From Bacillales bacterium UBA7029 (GTDB lineage Bacteria; Bacillota_I; Bacilli_A; RFN20; CAG-826), in NCBI GenBank assembly GCA_002494205.1, contig DLBE01000020.1:1-33255 (forward strand): DNA of 33,255 bases, written 5' to 3'. Below the pieces are notes generated by a model that was given only the letters and a program-made list of their open reading frames with translations, was not told the DNA's origin and ran no database searches. Below are positions 26,352 through 33,255 of this stretch, one piece after another. Positions within the stretch are counted from its first letter, which is position 1. Each line of letters starts with the position of its first letter. The position numbers and the translations under genes were made by a program.

Positions 26352-28061
26352 ATGAAGGTTGGCGGAATTCTAGCTCTTGTCTTTGGATTATTGGCGGGTT
26401 TAGGCATAATTGCTGTAATCCTCTATTTTTTTGTTTTCAGAGAGAGAATTTGCAAAAGACAAATCCGTGAAATTGATCGTAGGGTTCAATTCTTACATGC
26501 ATTATTGATTGGCCAGGATGCTCAATATGTTAAAAGACTAGAAATTATTTCTAGAACAAATCTTTTATATGTTGATATTCACACCAAATTCCTTAAAAGA
26601 TTTAAAGATATTCGTAATAAGAATGATGGAGACGCATCTCAAGCTGTCGATTCTTTAAGAGATTTTATTGATGATAAAGATTTCAAAGCATATAAAGAAG
26701 CTTTACCTAGAGTAAATGAGATTGTTGATGAGTACGATGAATTAGTAAACTCCCTAAATAGCGATCTTTTACAAGTAGTAAAACCTGAAGAAGACTGCCG
26801 TCAATCCGCACTTACTTATAAAGAGCAACTTCGTAGAATCAAACAAGACTACTATTCTAAAGAAGCTGATTTAGTTTTAATGTCTCAATCATTTGATGAA
26901 ATTTTTAATTTCATCGATAAGAAGTTTGAAGACTTTGAATCACTTGTTGAGTCTGCTCAGTATGATGAAGCAAATTCAATTCTTCCAAATATTGATGAGA
27001 TTCTTCATGAACTTACAATTCATATGTCTGAGCTTCCTGCATTATGCACAAAAATTTCCGATGTTATTCCAAATAAAATTGCGTCTGTTCAAACTGCTTA
27101 TAAAGAACTTTTATCTCAAAAATACCCACTTTATCATCTTTCTGTAGATTCGACTATTGAAGAATTTGAAAAGAAACTTGAAGAAATTACCCATCAAATC
27201 CGTATTTTTAAAATTGCTGGTATAGAAGAAAAACTCGAAGCAATGAGCAATAAACTTGACTCATTTTTCACTTCTTTTGATGAAGAAAAAGCTGCTAGAG
27301 CAGCATTTGAAGAAAATAACGAAAACGTTTATAGCACAGTTAATTTAATTGAAAGAAACTTCATTAAACTTCGTAATACAATTCCTGAAGTAAGTAAGTT
27401 TTTCATTATTAATGAAGAACACAAAACTAAAATTAACAACATTCAAAATAACATCAATAAAGTTGGTGCTTTAAAACGATCATTAGATACATTTATTCAT
27501 TCTGCAACAAAACAACCTTATTCTCTTTTAGTGAATAAGATGAACGAATTATCAACTGCATCGAACGCTATTATTTCAGATATTGATGAATATAACTCAT
27601 ATATTTCATCATTAAAATCTGATGCTGAGAATGCCTACAATGTTGTTTTTGAAGCTTATGACAAAGTCAAAGATGCTGAATATCAAGTTAGAAAAATAAA
27701 TGTTCAGAAAATTAAAGAAAAATATGAACCTCAATTTGAACAGTTGTATAAAACTTTAAATGAAATTTATGGTTCATTAATTGCTAACCCAATTGATATC
27801 GATAAAGTCAATACTTTACTTCATAGTTATTATGAAATCGCAAACCTCATTTTGGATGATGGAGAGATTTCTAACGATTACAACGTAATGCTTTTGGCAG
27901 AAAATGCTATTTTGTTTGCCAATAGACATAGATATCAACTTTCAGATGTTGACACTCAACTTAATCAAGCTGAAACATATTTTGAAAATGGTGATTTCCA
28001 AAATGCCTACGTTTTAGCAGGACAAACTCTTAAACGAATTAGAGAAAATAATGGAAAATAA
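26352..28061 (+). CDS. ezrA: Septation ring formation regulator EzrA
   Basis: N-terminal TM, about 540 aa helical coiled coil, C-terminal AILFANRHR (QNR-patch-like) and AETYFENGDF; rpsD/ezrA/iscS/thiI synteny. Confidence 0.85.
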   Translation: MKVGGILALVFGLLAGLGIIAVILYFFVFRERICKRQIREIDRRVQFLHALLIGQDAQYVKRLEIISRTNLLYVDIHTKFLKRFKDIRNKNDGDASQAVDSLRDFIDDKDFKAYKEALPRVNEIVDEYDELVNSLNSDLLQVVKPEEDCRQSALTYKEQLRRIKQDYYSKEADLVLMSQSFDEIFNFIDKKFEDFESLVESAQYDEANSILPNIDEILHELTIHMSELPALCTKISDVIPNKIASVQTAYKELLSQKYPLYHLSVDSTIEEFEKKLEEITHQIRIFKIAGIEEKLEAMSNKLDSFFTSFDEEKAARAAFEENNENVYSTVNLIERNFIKLRNTIPEVSKFFIINEEHKTKINNIQNNINKVGALKRSLDTFIHSATKQPYSLLVNKMNELSTASNAIISDIDEYNSYISSLKSDAENAYNVVFEAYDKVKDAEYQVRKINVQKIKEKYEPQFEQLYKTLNEIYGSLIANPIDIDKVNTLLHSYYEIANLILDDGEISNDYNVMLLAENAILFANRHRYQLSDVDTQLNQAETYFENGDFQNAYVLAGQTLKRIRENNGK

Positions 28062-29172
28062 AACTTTTATTTATCTCGATAATGCTGCGACAACCATCCC
28101 AAGTAAAGAGGTTGTCGCTTTATATAATGAAATAGAATTAAACCATTTTGGCAACAGTGGTTCCAATCATGCGCTTGGTTATGATGCCTTAAAATTTTTA
28201 AATAAGGCAAGAGAATCAATATTAAATAGTTTTGGCGTTAAAGGATACAAAGTTTACTTTGTATCGTCTTCTACTGAAGCAAATAACCTTGCTATTAAGG
28301 GTGTTGCTAGAAAGTATTCAAGTAGAGGAAAACATTTAATTACCTCTAATATTGAACATCCTTCTGTTTTAGAATCTTTTAAGCAACTTGAAAAAGAAGG
28401 TTTTGAAGTCACTTACCTTAAGGTTAATGAAAAAGGAATTATAGAACCGAAAGTATTAGAAGAGGCCATTAGGAAAGATACAATCTTAGTCTCTATAATG
28501 GGAACAAATAATGAAATTGGTTCAATAAATCCAATTAAAGAGCTTTCTAAAATAACTCATAAATATCCAAAAATTATTTTTCACGTCGATACAACTCAAG
28601 ATGTAGGCAAAACTGATATGGATTATTCAGACGCTGACATGTTTGTTGTAAGTGGACATAAGATTCATGGTTTAAAAGGAAGTGGTGCATTAATTGCTAA
28701 ATCAAACATTTCTTTTGAACCGCTATTAAGTGGTGGAGTTCAAGAAGAAGGAGTTAGAGCAGGAACAGTTTCGGTGGCTCTTGCCTGCTCACTTGCTAAA
28801 GCAATAAAAAATTCTTTCTCAATAAAAAATCTCCAGGAAAAACGGGCTTTTTTAGTAGAAAATCTCAAGAAAATCCCTGGAATTTCAATGAATTCTAACG
28901 AAAATTGTTCGCCATGCATCACGAATTTTTCGCTAACTGAAAAGAAGGCTGCAGTTGTTGTTGAAGGTTTATCAAATAAAGGTATTTACGTGAGTTCAGT
29001 TAGTGCTTGCCATTCTAAAGGCGAATCATTTTCTTACGTAGTTAAAGCACTAGGAAAAGATGATAAAGATGCCCACAATACAATCCGTGTTTCAATTAAT
29101 GAATCTACAACAATAGAAGAGCTTCAAATATTTATAAAAGAACTGAAAAATTTATTGGAGACAATAAAATGA
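28051..29172 (+). CDS. iscS: Cysteine desulfurase (IscS/NifZ-type, ThiI-associated)
   Basis: YLDNAATT, TEANN, IEHPSV, NNEIG, SGHKIHG (PLP Lys), SSVSACHS (catalytic Cys). Confidence 0.92.
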   Translation: MENKTFIYLDNAATTIPSKEVVALYNEIELNHFGNSGSNHALGYDALKFLNKARESILNSFGVKGYKVYFVSSSTEANNLAIKGVARKYSSRGKHLITSNIEHPSVLESFKQLEKEGFEVTYLKVNEKGIIEPKVLEEAIRKDTILVSIMGTNNEIGSINPIKELSKITHKYPKIIFHVDTTQDVGKTDMDYSDADMFVVSGHKIHGLKGSGALIAKSNISFEPLLSGGVQEEGVRAGTVSVALACSLAKAIKNSFSIKNLQEKRAFLVENLKKIPGISMNSNENCSPCITNFSLTEKKAAVVVEGLSNKGIYVSSVSACHSKGESFSYVVKALGKDDKDAHNTIRVSINESTTIEELQIFIKELKNLLETIK

Positions 29173-30344
29173 AATACGATCATATAATGGTGCGTTTTGG
29201 TGAGCTGTCTACCAAAGGAAAAAATAAGAAAGAATTCATTAAAGTTTTAGCGAAGAATATTCGTGGTGCTTTAAGTGAATTTAAAGACATTGAAATCATT
29301 TCAAGATTTGATCACATTTATGTTAAATTGAATGAAAATAATCCTTTTAGGATTATAGAGATTCTTCAAGATGTATCCGGAATTCAAGGTTTATCGCTTG
29401 TTTTAAAAACTGATGAAGACATAGAAAATTTAAAAAAAGTTTGTCTTGAATTAGTGAAGCAAGAAACCGGAAATACTTTTAAAGTTCACGCTAAAAGAGC
29501 AAATAAAAATTACCCAATTATTTCAGATCAAATTAATCGTGAAATTGCAAAAGTTATTTTACAAAACACTGACCTTAAAGTTGATGTTCATAACCCTGAT
29601 ATTTTAGTTTCAATTGAAGTTAGAGATGAAGGCGCTTATGTCTTCACCCACACTTATAAAGGGGCTGGAGGTTACCCTCTTGGAGTAGGCGGCAAAATAA
29701 TGCATATGTTAAGTGGTGGAATTGATTCACCAATTGCTGCTTATCTTCTTATGAAAAGAGGCTTAAAAATTGAATGTATTCACTTTGCCTCCCCTCCTTA
29801 TACAAATGTTGGAGTTATAGAAAAACTTAAGGATTTACTAGGGAAATTGAATAAATATCAACCAGAAATCCGCTTGAATATTATTCCTTTTACAAAACTT
29901 CAGGAAGAGATTTATAAGCAATCTGATGAATCTTACGCAATTACAATTATGCGAAGAATGATGTTTAGACTTGCTGATAGACTTGCCAAAAGAAGAAGAT
30001 TCCTTGCAATATCTACAGGCGAATCAGTTGGTCAAGTCGCATCTCAAACGCTTGATTCGATGAATGTTATTAATGCTGTTACAAATATCCCAGTTCTTAG
30101 ACCTGTTGTTTGCTATGACAAAACTGAAATAATAGACTTAGCGAGAAAGATTGATACATTTGATATATCAATTAGACCATTTGAAGATTGTTGTACTATT
30201 TTTGCTCCAAAAAATCCTAAGACAAAACCATCAATGGATGAAGTTCTTAAATTCGAAGCTAAATGGGATTATGAATCAATGATAAATGAAGCTCTTGATA
30301 ATGTAGAAGTTATATACGTTAAAAAAGAGGAAAATTTATTCTAA
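29169..30344 (+). CDS. thiI: tRNA 4-thiouridine(8) synthase
   Basis: GELSTKGKN, THUMP domain, LSGGIDSP PP-loop, GESVGQVASQT, PFEDCC; no rhodanese domain. Confidence 0.96.
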   Translation: MKYDHIMVRFGELSTKGKNKKEFIKVLAKNIRGALSEFKDIEIISRFDHIYVKLNENNPFRIIEILQDVSGIQGLSLVLKTDEDIENLKKVCLELVKQETGNTFKVHAKRANKNYPIISDQINREIAKVILQNTDLKVDVHNPDILVSIEVRDEGAYVFTHTYKGAGGYPLGVGGKIMHMLSGGIDSPIAAYLLMKRGLKIECIHFASPPYTNVGVIEKLKDLLGKLNKYQPEIRLNIIPFTKLQEEIYKQSDESYAITIMRRMMFRLADRLAKRRRFLAISTGESVGQVASQTLDSMNVINAVTNIPVLRPVVCYDKTEIIDLARKIDTFDISIRPFEDCCTIFAPKNPKTKPSMDEVLKFEAKWDYESMINEALDNVEVIYVKKEENLF

Positions 30345-30372
30345 AAAAAGAGAACCTGATGGTTCTCTTTTT
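30345..30372. terminator. Bidirectional terminator between thiI and rplT
   Basis: AAAAAGAGAACC-TGAT-GGTTCTCTTTTT. Confidence 0.88.
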
Positions 30373-30387
30373 ATCTGAAGCTTTAAC

Positions 30388-30741
30388 TTATTTTGCTTTC
30401 TTTGCAAGTTTAACTAAATCTTCGAATGCTTTTGGATCGTTAATTGCAAGTTCTGCTAACATCTTTCTGTTAACTTTGATGTTTGCTTTGTTAAGACCAT
30501 TGATAAATCTTGAATAAGAGATATCGTGTGCTCTACAAGCAGCATTAATTCTCTTAATCCAAAGTTTTCTCATATCGCTCTTTAAATTCTTACGATCAAT
30601 ATAAGAATAACGGAGTGATCTTAAGACTTGTTCTTTTGCTGTCTTGAATAAGAGGTGTTTACTTCCAAAGTAACCTTTAGCTCTTTTTAAGACTTTTGCA
30701 CGACGTGCACGAGTTTGAACTGAATTTTTTACTCTAGCCAT
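30388..30741 (-). CDS. rplT: 50S ribosomal protein L20
   Basis: [40 protein letters not shown]; SD AGGAGG. Confidence 0.98.
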   Translation of the reverse strand: MARVKNSVQTRARRAKVLKRAKGYFGSKHLLFKTAKEQVLRSLRYSYIDRKNLKSDMRKLWIKRINAACRAHDISYSRFINGLNKANIKVNRKMLAELAINDPKAFEDLVKLAKKAK

Positions 30742-30754
30742 TGTTACTTACCTC

Positions 30755-30946
30755 CTATTGAATTAAAGTCTTTACTCTCTTTAAGTCAGTCTTATCGACG
30801 AGTGAAGCCTTTCTTAAGTGTCTTTTTTGTTTTGTTGTCTTGCGTGGTGCAAGGTGTGATGTGTAAGCACTGTGTCTTTTTAATTGGCCAGAGCCAGTCT
30901 TTTTAACACGTTTTGTGAGTGCTTTTTTTGATTTCATTTTTGGCAT
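30755..30946 (-). CDS. rpmI: 50S ribosomal protein L35
   Basis: [24 protein letters not shown]; SD AGGAGG. Confidence 0.97.
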   Translation of the reverse strand: MPKMKSKKALTKRVKKTGSGQLKRHSAYTSHLAPRKTTKQKRHLRKASLVDKTDLKRVKTLIQ

Positions 30947-30958
30947 TGCTAGTTCCTC

Positions 30959-31513
30959 CTACTTTTTACATTTTGATGCTAAAACTGCATTTAACCATTT
31001 GCCCTCCATAAATGGAGCTCTTTCGACAGAGGCGACATCTTCTAAAGAGGCAATAAACTTATTCATAACTTCTTCACCAATTTCTGCGTGAGATAATTGT
31101 CTTCCACGATATCTAACGCCAACTTTAACCTTGTTACCTTCTTCTAGGAAGCGTCTTGCTGCCTTTGCTTTGGTATCAACGTCATGTTGTCCGATTTGTG
31201 GAGTTAATTGAATCTCTTTGATTTCAACAGTGTGTTGGTTCTTACGGTTTTCTTTAGCTTTCTTTTGTTGTTCGTAACGATATTTTCCATAGTTAAGTAA
31301 TTTACATACTGGTGGATTTGCGTTAGGTGCAACACAAACTAAGTCTAAATCAGCTTGAACTGCTTGTTGATAAGCTTCCTTTGAAGACATTTTTCCTAAT
31401 TGTTCACCATTGATGCCAATAAGAAGTACTTCAGGGAATCTAACTCTCTCATTAATGAGATCTTGGTTTTGTTTGTTTGGACGTTGTTGTCCTTGATTTG
31501 GATAGTTATTGAT
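30959..31513 (-). CDS. infC: Translation initiation factor IF-3 (ATC start, 184 aa)
   Basis: Frame stays open 41 codons above the listed Met and includes INERVR...GEQLG; SD AGGAGG lies 8 nt before ATC at 31513; PPVCK, GKYRYE, KEI, RYRGRQ motifs. Confidence 0.93.
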   Translation of the reverse strand: MNNYPNQGQQRPNKQNQDLINERVRFPEVLLIGINGEQLGKMSSKEAYQQAVQADLDLVCVAPNANPPVCKLLNYGKYRYEQQKKAKENRKNQHTVEIKEIQLTPQIGQHDVDTKAKAARRFLEEGNKVKVGVRYRGRQLSHAEIGEEVMNKFIASLEDVASVERAPFMEGKWLNAVLASKCKK

Positions 31514-31529
31514 AAGTTTGTCCTCCTAA

Positions 31530-31656
31530 GACAAGAAAACGGGCACTAGAATGCGCCCGTTTTAAATAACTTTTCTAATCAGTTATTGTAGCAATGTACC
31601 AATCGATTAGTCGATCTGGTGAGAAGCAAGGGCGCTCTTCTTTCTACGTTATCTGC
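31530..31656 (-). promoter_or_regulatory. L20 leader RNA with attenuator
   Basis: Minus strand AGAAGAGCGCCCTTGCTTCTCACC motif and terminator AAAACGGGCGC-ATTCTA-GTGCCCGTTTT upstream of infC-rpmI-rplT; GCGCCC can pair alternatively with GGGCGC. Confidence 0.88.
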
Positions 31657-31663
31657 GAGAAAT

Positions 31664-31692
31664 ATTTAACTACACTTATAAAGTGATGTCAA
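31664..31692 (-). promoter_or_regulatory. sigmaA promoter for the infC operon
   Basis: Minus strand TTGACA-17bp-TTAAAT just upstream of the L20 leader. Confidence 0.6.
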
Positions 31693-31795
31693 CATTAATT
31701 ATTCAGAAAGTGAAATGTCAAAATTAAAGTCAATCATTTTGTACCATCTTAGTAACTTGTCTCTTTTCAATTCAAGATTTTACTTAATAAGCTTT

Positions 31796-32329
31796 TCAAT
31801 CGTAATAAATAGTTAATACTTCGATGTCAATATTTTTAATGTGACAAGTGATGGTTACATATAAACAAGATGATATTTCCTCACTTTTTTCGTTTAGAAT
31901 CAAATAACAATTTTCTAACCATTCTTGTATTTGTGCTGGTGTTAAATCTGTTAATTTGTATGTTTCGTCTTCTGGATTAGGATTTTTTGACAAGAAGTCT
32001 TCATATTCTAATTCCAAGAAATTTTGAATTGCCCAAGCGCCGTATGTGCTAGCATATTTTTGACCACCTTCGATTTCGTAAGTGGTATTTGCAATAACCT
32101 TTCCATTAAGTTTTCCATATTCAGCGGCTGATGGACCTGTTTTCTTTTGAAGAAAATTACCTGTTTCTGTTTGGTCGTATATAGCGTTCATTTGGTTGAT
32201 GTCGTTATAATCGATTTTTTCTTCTACGGTCTCATTTTGATTTTCTTTTTCGACAAAAGAACAAGAAGTTAAGAAACAAGGAACAAATAATAATGATAGA
32301 AATAACACCAATGGTTTTTTAATTTTCAT
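31796..32329 (-). CDS. Hypothetical lipoprotein (177 aa)
   Basis: MKIKKPLVLFLSLLFVPCFLTSC: basic N-region, hydrophobic core, lipobox LTSC; start overlaps the end of thrS. Confidence 0.75.
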   Translation of the reverse strand: MKIKKPLVLFLSLLFVPCFLTSCSFVEKENQNETVEEKIDYNDINQMNAIYDQTETGNFLQKKTGPSAAEYGKLNGKVIANTTYEIEGGQKYASTYGAWAIQNFLELEYEDFLSKNPNPEDETYKLTDLTPAQIQEWLENCYLILNEKSEEISSCLYVTITCHIKNIDIEVLTIYYD

Positions 32330-33254
32330 AAACTGGTAGTTTTTTGTTCTCAATTTCCTCTTTAAGAAGTTTAATAAATTCCTCAAGTTTAACATTGTGT
32401 TGGCTCTTACAACCAAAGTGTCTATAAGTGACTGAGCCTTCTTCTTTTTCTTTATCTCCAACAACAACGGTGTAAGGAACTTTATTAACTTGGCTATTTC
32501 TCATTCTATAACCAAGCTTTTCTTCACCTGCATCTAAAGATGCGCGAATTCCATTTTTCTTTAAAATATCCACGATTTCCTTGGCTTTTTCGAGATGGAA
32601 CTCATTATTTACTGGTAAGACTCTAACATGTTCTGGTGATAACCAAAGTGGGAATGCACCTCCGAAATGTTCAGTAATAATACCAATAAATCTTTCAATA
32701 GAACCGAATATAGCGCGGTGGAGCATAACTGGTCTTTTCTTTTCACCATCAGAATCAACATAAGTGACATCAAATCTTTCTGGTAAGTTCATATCAAGTT
32801 GAATAGTTCCACATTGCCAGATTCTATTCATAGAGTCTCTAAGTTTAAAGTCAAGTTTTGGACCATAGAATGCGCCATCACCTGGATTAACTTTGAATTC
32901 TCTTCCTGAATTCTTGCAAACTTTTGCAAGGATTTCTTCACTTCTTCTCCAAATTTCTTCATCTCCAATAGAGCCACTTTCTGGTCTAGTAGATAATTCG
33001 ATGTGATAACTTAATTTGAAGATTGAATAAATCTTGTCGAAAAGTGCTAATAACTTGTTAATTTCATCTTCAAGTTGATCAAGAGTACAGAATACGTGAG
33101 CATCATCTTGAGTAAATGCTCTAACTCTAAATAAACCTGCTAAAGCACCTGAAGCTTCATATCTATGGACATGTCCAAGTTCACCCATTCTAATAGGTAA
33201 ATCTCTAAATGAATGGAGGTCATTCTTGTAAACAAGAATTGAACCAGGGCAGTT
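32319..33254 (-). CDS. thrS: Threonine--tRNA ligase (5'-truncated by window edge)
   Basis: NCPG...RDLPIR, HRYEASGAL, FTQDDAH, GAFYGPKLD, WQCGTIQLD, HRAIFGSIERF, anticodon-binding domain. Confidence 0.98.
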   Translation of the reverse strand, partial: NCPGSILVYKNDLHSFRDLPIRMGELGHVHRYEASGALAGLFRVRAFTQDDAHVFCTLDQLEDEINKLLALFDKIYSIFKLSYHIELSTRPESGSIGDEEIWRRSEEILAKVCKNSGREFKVNPGDGAFYGPKLDFKLRDSMNRIWQCGTIQLDMNLPERFDVTYVDSDGEKKRPVMLHRAIFGSIERFIGIITEHFGGAFPLWLSPEHVRVLPVNNEFHLEKAKEIVDILKKNGIRASLDAGEEKLGYRMRNSQVNKVPYTVVVGDKEKEEGSVTYRHFGCKSQHNVKLEEFIKLLKEEIENKKLPVYEN

Positions 33255-33255
33255 C

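Noticed and set aside
32330-32467. 46-aa N-terminal extension of the lipoprotein ORF
   Set aside because: It lies inside thrS in another frame; the signal peptide begins at Met 32329
812-32763. Short antisense or out-of-frame ORFs in the track (e.g. 812-1009, 1458-1679, 2945-3133, 5191-5391, 7200-7415, 16496-16804, 16782-17084, 19653-19907, 23573-23842, 25749-26012, 26893-27147, 32581-32763)
   Set aside because: They lie within well-supported genes, have no recognisable motifs and look like shadow ORFs

Overview
AT-rich (roughly 30% GC by eye), gene-dense core-genome segment of a genome-reduced member of the Bacilli. It is Mollicutes- or Erysipelotrichales-like, but TGA is used as stop, so it is translation table 11. 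In order: the 3' end of the F1Fo operon (atpD, atpC), ppa, trmL, a divergent rqcH/NFACT gene, a compacted gmk-[His/Cys-tail protein]-rlmN-prpC-prkC-rsgA-rpe operon, a multi-pass membrane protein, an orphan Wzm/Wzt-type ABC exporter, rpmB, a long glgC-glgD-glgA-leuS-coaX-pepV-trmB-pncB operon, a PH-domain membrane protein behind a CIRCE-like operator, ccpA-like regulator-tyrS-small repeat protein, rpsD with its S4 leader, ezrA-iscS-thiI, infC-rpmI-rplT with its L20 leader and an ATC start, a lipoprotein, and the 3' part of thrS. I saw no mobile element, CRISPR array, rRNA or tRNA, and no clearly new multi-gene system. The best leads are rewired core regulators and small odd proteins: (1) a PrkC kinase with no TM/PASTA domains, a MinD-like amphipathic C-terminal tail and a Thr-free acidic activation loop; (2) a CcpA-like protein lacking the HPr-Ser-P contact residues, with a perfect palindrome in its own promoter; (3) a CIRCE-like box on a non-chaperone gene; (4) a metallothionein-like Cys/His tail next to rlmN; (5) several apparently leaderless genes; (6) a shared promoter architecture for three ribosomal-protein units. 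All family calls come from motif recognition by eye; no database searches were run.
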